64,000 nt of DNA from Paraspadella gotoi (taxonomy: Eukaryota; Animalia; Chaetognatha), in contig CM119264.1 in the NCBI GenBank assembly GCA_051294375.1, positions 31,004,135-31,068,134 of the forward strand, in the 5' to 3' direction. Made by a program: the position numbers and the translations under genes. Positions 1 to 11,536 of the stretch are shown one piece after another. Below the pieces are notes generated by a model that was given only the letters and a program-made list of their open reading frames with translations, searched no databases and was not told the DNA's origin. Position 1 is the stretch's first letter. Each line of letters begins with the position of its first letter.

Positions 1-832
1 CGCCATAGAAAAATCAAGCGTCGCGAGATCGAGAAATGCTCCCGCTGCCGCTGCGATTCTCTGGAGGAGCATCGCCGCTGCCGGAGCTGCAGCGCCGCGC
101 CGACGCCGGAGCAGCTGCGTCTGGCGGAGCAGAGCCTCGTCTACAGCCGCTGCCCCTGCATCCCGCCGTGGCGGCCGCGGCGGCTGCAGATAGAGGGCGT
201 CAACGGAGGGCCGTTAGGTGAGGTCTTGGGGATTAGGTGGTTGGGGTAAGGTGGTTAGCGGCGATGAATGAGAGTGACTTAGAAATGTACCCAGTTGATT
301 TTTTAACCTCGACAGTTCATTAACTTTTACTGTTCACTCCTTCACAGTTCTATTTTTCCTTTTTCTCCAAAGTTCCCATATTCCATTATTCCTTCCATTA
401 CAGTTCTTTCATTCACAGTTCACCTCTCCAAATTTTTCCTCCTCTACAGTTCTCCTGTACCTCAACAGTTCACTTCCTCCACTTTCTCTTCACAGTTCAC
501 GACGCCGCTAATACCTCGATGGGCGACGCCGCTCCTCTTCCTCTTCCTCCTCCCGGCGTCAAAACTACGCCGCTTCGACAAAACGGCGCCGTCGTCGGCG
601 TAAAAGACTATGAAGACAACGGCGGGATAGAGAGAGAGACGATGGAGAGGGAGACGATAGAGAGGGAGAGAGTGGCGGCGGAAGAGGCGGTACTTCGGGC
701 GGCGGTGGTGGCGCCTCCTTCTGAGGTGGAGATTGTGGGAGGAATGTGGGAGGATGGAGGAGGAGGAGGAGGAGGAAGAGGGGAGAGGAGAGAAACAGAG
801 ACGTCGGAAAGGCGGAGTCACACGGGGTGAGC

Positions 833-890
<58 letters not shown>

Positions 891-3800
891 ACATTAACAT
901 AATGAAAATGAAGATAAGCACTTTGGGAGTTAATAAAATAGACCGAGCTTAGAGTGAAATTTAAAGCTTATCTTGTAAGAGTGATGGAAGCCTTAATTCA
1001 CCAAAGCCTGTCCGAAATCTGGGACAAGATGCCTTTTTCATTGAAAGAAACAATATTTTCATATTGGTTACACCAATTTTATAATACATTCACAAAATTC
1101 ATTTTAAGGGTAAAGCACGCTTGGGGCTGGTGGATTAGGTAAAAGTAAAGTTTTATCAAAAAAGGAATTTTTTTTTCCGCATGAATACAACTAGAGACGC
1201 AATTGTCATTTTGTCAGTCTAGAGACGCATTTGTCATTTATTGCATCCGACAAAGATGAATTTTTTGTTAGGAGACGAAACAATTCTTCTTTTTAAGTTT
1301 CTTCCTTTGAACTTCTATTACATCCTTGATTTACAATCGCGTCAAAGTTTTTTTCACATTGCAAGAGCAGGAGGCAAAGATTCCAAATCAAAAGGTTCCT
1401 CCTTCTGCAATTGATGGAAGAGAAGACAGAAGCAAGAACCATTGGCAATTGCTTTATTCCATAAATGATTCCATCTCTCTGCTGGCACGATTCGTTAAAC
1501 TCATTTTCCTCAGTTCCACAGTTTTTCACGTCCAATGATTCCCTATCTCATTCGCTATTATTATTAATTACAACAGATACGACGAGAAAAATCCGTTGTC
1601 AAGACATGAGGACGTCAGCCCGGCCAATCCCGGACATCTGATCCCGGCATCAAATCCCGGACGTGTCAGCCCGACGAATCCCGGCAATTTAATTCCGGCG
1701 TTAGATGCCGATTCTCCGGACGCCGTTCCCCCACTCGATTTGTCAGGTTAATATTAATAAATATTAACATCATTTTATAATAGATGCATTACCCTTTAGA
1801 GGCTTGAATAACTAAATGATGGACAAAACGTCGAAATTTTATTAATTTTATAACAGTTGATCTTTAGTGACCCTCGTTGGTTTAATTTTGATTAATTCTA
1901 TATTAACTTTTTAAAAAGCAATTGACAAAAAGGTTTGATTACAAACAATACATTTAATATATAGATCAATAGCTTGGCAACAGAAAACTAATCGTTAGAC
2001 TTTCGATTCAATCATTTATCTTCTTGTTCGTCCGACAACAGCGCTGCGCGAATCAAACCCGGACGTACGAACTGAACGGACAAACCCGACAAAGCCGACT
2101 AAGACGAGAGGTCAAAGGCGACGCGGAGACGACAGAAGCGAAGTCGACGGTTTGTCGGACGCGATGTCGGTCAAAACCTTAATCCATGTCGGTAAGAGAG
2201 AGGATTGCAAAATGTCTTCCTATACACCAGAGTATTAGCTTTGAGATATCGCGGCGAATATGTACTCAGTACCGACACAACACGACAATTCCAATCATTT
2301 TATAAGAGATCTTTACGTGGAATAAAAGTTTGCGCCGCGAGTACTCGACTTTTCGGTCGGTCGGTCTGTCAGTTCGATTAGCTCCAATTCGATTCCATCC
2401 TGTTTTCTAATTTCAATAAATCCACTCATCTCATTTCGTTCGCCAATTTTATCTCAACCATTTCCACACTAGGCAAAACCGGCGTTGTTATCGGCGACGG
2501 CGGCGCCACCGAGAACGCCGACGCCGTCCGCGGTTCCAGGGTGAGTCTCGGCAGCAGCCACGCGGGCAGCGCCATCACTATCGGCGGCGGCGGAAGTTTG
2601 CGTCTTGGGTTGAAGACGTCGGGAGCGGGGGAGGTGCAGGTAAAGGAAAGAAAAGGAAAGAAAAGAAAAAAAAAGAAAGGGAAATAAAAGGAAAGGAAAT
2701 AAAAGGAAAGAAAAGAGAAAAAAAAAAGAAAGGGAAATAAAAGGAAAGAAAAGACAAAAGAGGAAAGGGAAGGGATCGAAAAAAATTGAGGAGACGAATA
2801 GAGAGAAAGAAAAGGAAATGAAAGAAAAGGAAAGGAAAGGAAGGAAAGAACGGGAAGGGAAAGGAAAGACAAAAGAAAAAAGGGAAGGGATCAAAAAAAA
2901 ATTGAGGAGACGAATAGAGAGAAAGAAAAGGAAGGAAAGAAAATAATAAATGGGCTGAGAAAATGGAAGGAAATAGGGAAGGAGAGAAGGAAAGAGAAAA
3001 AGAAAAAAAATGGAAGAAAAAAGACGAAATATAAGAAAAAAAAAGGATTATGCTTCCGAAACTAACTTTCGTGGAATCGCTAGTAAACCTGTGGAAATGT
3101 GAATTAATAGATATTATAATTAATATAGATAAAATTTTAATAGAAATAGAAAATCAAGGGGAGAAAATTTAAAAAAATAAAATGCGAATTAAGAATTTAA
3201 GTAAATGAACGAAAAGGACAATAATAACGAAAGTGACGAATGACGCTACAAAGAAATCCACGACCCCCTTCATCATCATCTCCACAGGGCAACCACCCCT
3301 ACCATCGCCTCCCCCACCAATCTCAATCCGCTCGTCGCTCCTCCGTCGGCAGTAGGAGTTGCTCCACTCAGATCTCATTCTCTAATGGAGTCACGCTCCT
3401 ATTGGACGACAACAGTCCGAGAAGGGAGAACAGACTCAAGACTCAGAACAAAGGTTGGCGGAGAGAAGGGGGGAAGTCTCGGTTGGAGCCATTGGGTTTG
3501 GGAATTTTCTAGGTCGGTCTGTCGGACACTTATTTAAACTAAAAATATAGATAAAGAATGTACTTACTATTTAGCAAAAGCGCCCCATTTCCGTTTCTAA
3601 ATATCTGAACTTATTTTGAACCCAATATCAAACCTATTAATCCCTAACCAAACATGAAACCTAAATCCCTAACCCAACCTCTAATCCTAATCCCTAACCT
3701 TATCCCCTAACCAAATCCTAACCTTAATCCTTAAAAGGTACGACTTATTATTAATAAATATTTATTTAATTAAGAAACGTCTCGAACTCGAGAATCTCGG

Positions 3801-4022
3801 ACGCAACATCGTCTCCGTCCGTCGGAAGCGACGACGAATCGAAGGAGCGAGGAAGACGCGCGGCAGCAGCAGCACTCTCAGCAGCAGCTTCACTCCAGAC
3901 AGCAGCTTCATCATCGGCGAAACGGGTCGGGGAAAGTTCATCCCATTTTAGAAGATCCAGGGGGAGGAGGAGGAGGAGGTGGGGGGAGGAGAGAGATGTC
4001 CGTGGGTCAACATCAGCGGTGA
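1..4022 (+). CDS. 3' portion of an unidentified multi-exon gene (Cys-rich segment followed by a long low-complexity tail); 5' end lies outside the window
   Basis: Seven GC-rich blocks join in frame through GT-AG sites: 1-217 (RHRKIKRREIEKCSRCRC...), 496-826, ~1577-1746, ~2042-2191, ~2473-2639, ~3288-3453 and 3775-4022 (TGA). No family motif recognised. Confidence 0.6.
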
Positions 4023-4507
4023 ATGAGGGTGAATTGGTTAACTTATAATAATTGCTTCATGGAGAATAGCATTGTTCTATTACGAATCGGTTTTTCTACT
4101 CGAATCTCTATATATTGTGCAAAATATTTATTTCCGCTAATTTTACTACTCGTTTTTTCATGCTTATGTAAAAATAATAAAAACAAATGACGAAAAAAAA
4201 AATTATGTCTTTAATTCGTATCACGTTTGGTTTGAAGTTTTCCGAAAAAGAAAATGGTACAAATAACCAGAATTCATAATCACAGTCGGCTTTGTCGACT
4301 CACGAAGACCACAAACATCTTTTACACATAATGAATATTTATTACTCTCTCAATCCTTTGTTCCCTCCCATTTTTAGCCTACTCTTCTTTCACAAAATAT
4401 TTTGATCCTCCCAACTCCCAAATATCACTTATCCATCACCCTCTCCTTCAAGTATTTCCTCTCACCTCTCCCCTCCCCACACTAATATTCCAAATCCCCG
4501 ATTTCCC

Positions 4508-5093
4508 TCACTCCCTCTCCCCGTAATATTTCTTCAAAGCCACGAAGGTGTCTCTACTCATGTAAGCGAAGAGATAAGCTTGTCTCGCCCTTTTGGCGCG
4601 GACGTCCGCCTCGGAGGTGTCGGCGACTCGATCGTCGTCGAAGCTTTTCCACGATCTGGAGACAAAGTCGAAGGCGTCGGTGATGTAGTGTCCCGAGCCG
4701 GGGTCCGTGCCGAGATGGCTCGTCACCGCCACGAGACGGTAAGAAGCGGAGGAGAGGCCTCGAGCGAGTCGTGGGCTTTTCAGTGGAGATGAGTGAGACT
4801 TGGGAGAGACGGGCGATTCCGGATAGCGCGTGGCGGGAGATTTCGGGCAGTCGGAACGGTCGGACCGACTTTTCGGTTTGAGACGGACTTCGCCCGGCGA
4901 AGTTTTAGCCGACAGAGGAGCGGCGATGTCGGGCGAAGCGGCTTCATCGTCGCTGTCTTCGGTGTCGCCCAAAAGTCCGTCCTCTTCTTTGTGAGAGAGA
5001 AGGTAAGGAAGAGGAGGAGGAGGAGGAGGAGGAGGAGCGTTGTTGTAGTTTTCTGCATCTTCGCGGTGACTGATTGTGAAGGAGGAACTGAAA

Positions 5094-5125
<32 letters not shown>

Positions 5126-5891
5126 TACAATTAAACACTACATTTAAAATACTTCCCATTAAACCTCACCTCTCTTCCTGCTCCCGCAGAGATAACTCCA
5201 TCGCCATCTGGATTTGCTCCTCTTCAGACATTTCCCTCAGCGACTTTCTCTTAGAATCGCTCCTGTAAAGATTAAGGACAACTAATTTGTAGTAATCTAG
5301 TATCGATTTTAATTAGTCAACTTCGAACTGTTATAGAATCGCTAAAACCAATTTAAAAAATGATCCATTCATTAGATAAATAGGTTATCCCGCCCCCTGA
5401 CTTGGGGTCATTCATAAGGTGAGGTTAAGGCCTGCATTTCTTCTTACAAGACAATGTAAATTAATGTACTCTTGTACTAATGAAACTTACTTTCCACCCG
5501 CCGGGCATTCGTTATCTATGTAATGTAATGTAAACTAATGTAATCTTAACTTACTTTCCATCCCCCCTTTTTCCTCTCACCCGCCGGGCATTCGGTCGAA
5601 ACTTTTCCTCGTCGGGAAAAAAAGGAGGGGCGATCTTCGATTTTCCTTTTCTCGGTCGCCGTCGAAAGCCGACTTCGCTTTGCCGGCAGCGCCGCCACCG
5701 TTGGAGCTCCCGCTGCTCCCGCTGCTGCCGCTGAGGTTCCGGTGCTGCGTCGTTTTATTGGCGAAGCTGCGTCGAAGCTGCGTTGCCTCGTATTCCATTT
5801 GACTGATCTCCAGGACTCTGAGGTAATCCTCGTCGGAATCGTCTGAGAGCGAGATATGAATTAATAAAAGAAAAAGAAGTATAAGTTAGAA

Positions 5892-5935
<44 letters not shown>

Positions 5936-8900
5936 GATAATACCGACAATCCAGTCGAATAGCTAAACATAGGAGAAAAATGACATAAAATGCCATAAAA
6001 TGAGATAAAATTGAGAAAGACAACGAGAGACCTGAAACTGTGATGGCGGAAGAGGTCGGGCGAGAGCTGCTCCCGTCCGATTTCTTGGAATCGTTGGAGG
6101 GAGATTTGACGGAGCGTCGAGTCAACGAAGCTGCGGTCGGGCCTGTGGATCAAATCGGGTGAAGGAAATAGTCTTTGGATTAGGACTCTTCTTCAAAATT
6201 CATCAAATCCACTATCATTTCCAACCCTCGCTATCACTTTCAACACCCACTATCATTTCCACTATCACTTTCAACCCCCCACTATCACTTACCGTCCACT
6301 CGACCCCCGGCCTCGTTGCTCCCATAAACCGTCGTGAGTCTCCTCGCTGAAGGCAGCGGACCCAACTTGGCCGCCGCCCACTCGGCCGCAGAGGGAGCCG
6401 CCGACGCCGCTGGGGCTTGGGTCAGACACGGCGCCATCTTGAAAGGCTTTGATTCCAAGTCTGAGGCGGCGCCGAAACGAGAAAGAGTCAGATTCGAAGA
6501 GACGGAGACGCAACGAGAATTTTTGACGACGAAGTTTGTGACGGAATCGCAGGAATAACGGACGAGGGCGACGAGGAGAACGCGCGGCGCTCTGGCGGAG
6601 AGAGAAAGAAATAAAAAGGGAGAAGTTAAGTTTTTTTCTTTTTATATCTCGTTGTCATTGACGGTGGAGGACTGATTGACCGCCAATTGGTCCGCGATGC
6701 TCTATTCTCTCTTCTCTCACCCAATAGATTTGACCCTTTTTTCTCTTCAGTTTTGACATGGATTTTTCAAGGCGTTTAACGAAAAATCCATGTCAATTCA
6801 CAATAACTCTTCGCCTTTCTCATTCTGCTTCCCCCTTGTCATTCTCCTCTTCCCCCTCACATTCTCCTCTTCCCAAAGCTCCTAACCTTTTAACAGCGAC
6901 GGTCCTCTCCGCTCCATCACCTCCGCATTCCTCGCATCTCTTCTCAACACGTTCGCAACGGAAGAAGCCCTCGACGACGCGCTGCACCGTCAAGTCTTCG
7001 TCGTCGTCGTCGTCGTCGAAGGGTGGGATGGAGCCTTGAAGGCACGTCAGGGTCTCTTCGATGGAGGAGGAGGCGCCGCAGGACACGCAGCGAAAGTTGT
7101 TCGTCAACTGGGAAGAAAGAGAGAGAGAGGAATTAAAACTAAGCCTCAGGAAAATGGATATGAAACAAAAGCCATCTCACAGTCAATTGAAAATTGTCGA
7201 CGACCGGATTTGCGGTCTTTTCGTCGACGCCGCCGCCGTCAGCGTCGCGTGTTCCTCTTCCCGCCTCGTTTTCGATTTCCTCGGTGGGCGTGGCTCGATG
7301 GTTGGAGATCTCAGCCTCGATCTCGTCGCAGAGAATGTCGAAGAGAAAAGTGAGGAACTCGTGGGCGTCGTGTTGGCGGTGGCCTTTTAGGGGAGGGAGA
7401 TGGGGGTAGGGAAGAGGGGTTGGAAAAGAGAAGTGGTTGATGTGAAGGTGGAGAAAAGAAATTCAGGAAATAAGAGACAAAATTACGCTTCTCTCTCTAT
7501 CCTGTCTCTCTCTCTCACTCACTCACTCTCTTTCACCTTTAAACTGCTTGGCCTTGGAAGAAATGGCGGCTTTGAAGATGGACAAGGAATCAGTTTTGGC
7601 TTCGGCGTCGGCCGTCTCCCACGAGGACGCCAGTCGATGGAGAGAGCGGAAAACTGAAGATGACGACGATTGCGACCAGGCCGGGTGGAGCGGTATAAAC
7701 TTGTTGCTTAGAGTGCTAAATTTAAAATAGTATAACAAAAAAAATATTAATTAAATTTCTTTTGTAAAAAAGAATATACAAAAATTGTTTTGCTTTTCTT
7801 CTGCTTTTCTTTACGATATCGGTTTTCTAAGTGATAACGTTTATAATCCAGTTTTAATAAGTGAGAAAACAAGCGTTTCATAGTACATATTAATATATAC
7901 CAACTCTTTATTAAACATACCTGAGTGGAGGACGCGACGACCATGATGACGACGAAGACGACGACGACGAAGTCGGAGGAAACTTTTTCCCGACGCAAAC
8001 GAATTCGAGAAGAAAACTTTTGACGGCGAAGATCAACTGCACTACGGCGTTCATGTAGCAAGTGTTGCCGAGATTGGTCAGGCCTAGAGAGATAGGTCAA
8101 GCTGAATGAGGAGAGATTGGTCAAGCTGAAGGAGAAGAGATTGGTCAAGCTTAGACAGGAGAAATTGGTCAAGGTGAATAAAGAGAGATTGATCAAACTA
8201 AATGAGAGAAAATCAAGCTGAATGAGGAGAGATTGGTCAAGCTGAATGTGGAAAGATTGGTAAAGCTGATTTTGAAGAGATTGGTCAGGCTTAGAGAGAA
8301 GTCAAACTCATTGAAGACAAGACTGATCATGTAAAACTCTGGTATGAAAATCGGAGAAAGATTAATCAGGCTCGGGGACGAAAGCTTCTGTCTGTTCACG
8401 AAACAAAAAAGATCCCCGTCCATCCGGTAATCTTGAACCCCAACCACCTCAACTCCCCCCATCCTCAACTCGCACATCTTTTCACAATGGTTTAATCTAA
8501 CGGCCCCCGCTCACCCTGTTGACTGGGCGTCGCCGTCGTCGATCGATGATCTCCCGCGTACAAAACCGTCACCGTCTTGGAATCCCTCGTCGACTTTCGC
8601 GACGTCAAACTCGTGGCCGACGCCGACGATTGATCGATCGATTGATTGGATTGATTAGACGCCGAGGATTTCGGCGCCGATAATTGGCACATGAGACGAT
8701 TGGGCGTCATTTCCGGCGTCTTTTCTCTCTCATCTCGACGCCGCTTGTATTTGTCCAGGACGTCGAGGTCGCAGGACAACAACGCCGACGCCGTCGTCAC
8801 CGAAGGGGGGACTTTTCTCGCGGCGGCGGCGGCGGCGGCGGCGGGAGCGGAGACGCCGAAAGTCGAGTAATCCGCTTCGTCGGCGCCAGAACTCTTGCCG

Positions 8901-10088
8901 TAAAACGAAAGGGTTTTTCGAGGTAGATTTAATTTAGAGGCGGAAGTGGGCGTGGCGATGTTGTTGTTGTTGTTCTCGACTCGAAGAGGAACTCGAGCTG
9001 TCGGCGGCGCCCTCGAGGAAGTCGGCGTCGTCGGAAACGTCATTGTGGTCGACGTTTTTAGCTTCGGCGTCGTCTTCTGCGTCGGCGTCGTCTTCTGCGT
9101 CGGCGACGTCTTCTGCGTCGGCGTCGTCTTCTGCGTCGGCGTCGTCTTCTGCGTCGGCGACATCTTCTGCGTCGGCGACATCTTCTGCGTCGGCGAAGTT
9201 CTCGGCTTCGGAGGAGACCGACCCAGGCCGGAATGGCCCGACGACGTGGGCGGCGACAACGTCTGCAAATAATTGGGCGTCTTTTTCGGCGGCGACGACG
9301 ACGACGAGGGCGACGTCGGCGGACGTTTTCGCGTCGGAGTGTAACGCGTGACGACGCGGAATTGTGAGTCGGGATCTTGGGCGGCGGCGGCGGCGGCGAG
9401 GATTCTGGACGCGGATCGATCATCGTTGATCGAAGGAGACGAAGATTGAAAGAAACGTTTGGCCGAAAAATGGAATCGGTCCAATTTGTCGAAGTCGCGT
9501 TGAGTCGCCGTCACGCGGAGACGCTTCTTTCCGCCGCCTTGAAATATTAAAAAATTAATTAGTTTGATATAGTTGATATAGTTAAAACGTGGTCTTTAAA
9601 ACTCTTTATTTTACATCCGCAGACTGGGGTTAGAAATTTTTTTAGGATTAAAGGTGCATTGTTACTCATAAGAAGCGAAAATTGGAAAGTCGTTTCATTA
9701 GCTCATTAGCTTTTTTTTCAGGTTTGAATTCAAAGTGGAGGCAAGCAAAGCAAAGTGTAAGCAAGAACAGCGTGAGAAGACAAATTTTTTTTAAATAAAA
9801 ATTCAAGTAAAATTAAGTAATATTTTAATATTTTTTGCTAGAGAGTAAAGAAACCTTACCCACAAGCATCGTCAAACTCTTTTCCTTCCCGTTTAATCTG
9901 TTGAGCAAAGACATTTTGATCGAGTCCGTTTTCGTGTCAACCGACGACTCAAAAATGACGGCGTTGAATTTATTTAGCGCTTTGATGTTCACGCTTCCGT
10001 CGGGTTCCGGAATGAGATTCACGGACCCGGTACAGCGATAGGGCTCGATGGGGATATCCAGCGCCATGGATTCCAGTCTCAGGGTCAT
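4508..10088 (-). CDS. USP37: Ubiquitin carboxyl-terminal hydrolase 37-like (USP26/29/37 family), multi-exon
   Basis: Cys box GLTNLGNTCYMNA (exon starting 8082); QHDAHEFL (~7360); CxxC zinc-ribbon pairs (CVSC, CEEC); UIM-like MSEEEQIQMAMELSL (~5190-5240); KEN (DREKEN ~5645); His box YRLVAVTSHLG...SGHYITDAFD...WKSFDD...AYLFAY closely resembling recalled USP37. Exon 1 (10088-9860) and exon 2 (9537-8515) join in phase 1. Confidence 0.85.
9064..9196 (-). repeat. 18-bp coding tandem repeat encoding (S/T)PTQK(T/M) x7 in USP37 exon 2
   Basis: Unit gcgtcgtcttctgcgtcg and close variants; the translation reads SPTQKMSPTQKMSPTQKTTPTQK... Confidence 0.95.
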
Positions 10089-10801
10089 GGTGCTGTTTTG
10101 GGCGGCGCTATTAAGGGACCGAGTCACGTTTCAGGCTTAATAATGAAAACATGCCTTTGGCGACTAAAAAAAACCTAAAAAAAACTGTTTGATCGAGGTT
10201 AAATCAAGCAAACGCATAAAGAGTAATATTGAAACAGGGTTACTAAATTCTATATAAAATGATTCAAATAGCCCTAGATTTTCTAAGGCTCGTAAAATTT
10301 AATTTACAAATGGAAAAAATGCATTTGTTAGTTTAAACGAATACACAGGAATTAAAAAAGGGTTTCTAATCTTCAGATGGGTCAGGGCGAATCCAAGGCG
10401 AACTCGAGCGACGCGAACCGCGGCGAACTAGGGCGAATCGAGGTAAGTTCAGTCGTCCTGACCTGGGTTCAAAGCGCGGGAAAAAGTTTTCAAGACAGAA
10501 AATGTTATCATCGCATCTTTTGTCTTTTTTTCGTCGACGTCGGAGAGAAATTCGATGCTTGCGCCGCCAAACGGAAAATGGAGGAACAATAATAAATGAC
10601 TTGGAATGTTCCTTTGTTTCCGTTCACAATCACTGAGAAGAGAAAACGTGAAAATATCGTGTTAAATGTCCAGAATAATGTTACCCGACCTTACCAATAT
10701 ATTTATCTATTAGTAGAAATAATAATTTCGTTAAATACCCCTTGCTCTTTCACCTAAGAATTCTATTTCACGAAAAAACATTTCCATGTTTTCGTTGTTC
10801 A

Positions 10802-10874
10802 TGTGGAGGAAAGTGATTGGTCGGCGCCGGCCGGGAGTCTACCAATCAGAAGACGTGATTGCGCTCGACGTGGA
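10802..10874. promoter_or_regulatory. Candidate ER-stress response element (ERSE), second CCAAT box and ACGT cores in the USP37/ERp44 divergent promoter
   Basis: TGTGG-aggaaagtg-ATTGG at 10802-10820 equals CCAAT-N9-CCACA on the minus strand. A second CCAAT lies at 10842, with GACGTG and GACGTGG cores nearby in a CpG-rich patch. Confidence 0.55.
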
Positions 10875-11536
10875 GAGTGGAACCATACGGTGAACGCAGG
10901 AACCTCTTCGCCGGGGACCTCGGTTTACGTCACGCGGGCGAGCGCGTCCAATGTCACGCCAAAAACGAATGTCCTTTACGACATCGAGACAGCCTCGTGG
11001 AAAACGTGGAAAACATGGCCCCTCATTCGGGTGACGTTCTCGACCGTGATACTGTGACGTATATGGAATTTCGACCCTAACCGCGGATATTTGCTTCTGG
11101 ACCCTCTTCTCTGACGTTGAGACTAAAATGGTACTAATCTTTTCCATGAGATATTGAACGTGTGTGAAAGCCTTGTTATTCACCAAATGGTAGAATTTAA
11201 AGATACGGACTAAAAACTTTCTCCTCTCTGAGTCTGATCTCTTCTTTATCGTCGTGCAACGTTATATTTTAGAGGAACTTTTGTCGCTGATCCGACGTCT
11301 TCAATATCCTTTTTGATTATCATCTTATTATCTCTTTACAGAAAAATTTGAATTAATTTTTCTTTTAGACTTAAATTGTGCTACAAAAACATAATAAAAC
11401 TTTCTGGCTCAAAATATTGTCTTCACATCGGCGGGAGATCTCATTTTGACCCGACCTGACCCGTTGCCCATCGATTTCTCCGCCGGACGAACTTAAAACT
11501 GAAAAACTCTTAGCCTAAATTGACTCTAGAAAAAAG

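Noticed and set aside
3640-3735. Telomere-like CCCTAA/CCTAA tract
   Set aside because: Degenerate, short and intronic; similar tracts occur inside small repeats elsewhere in the window.
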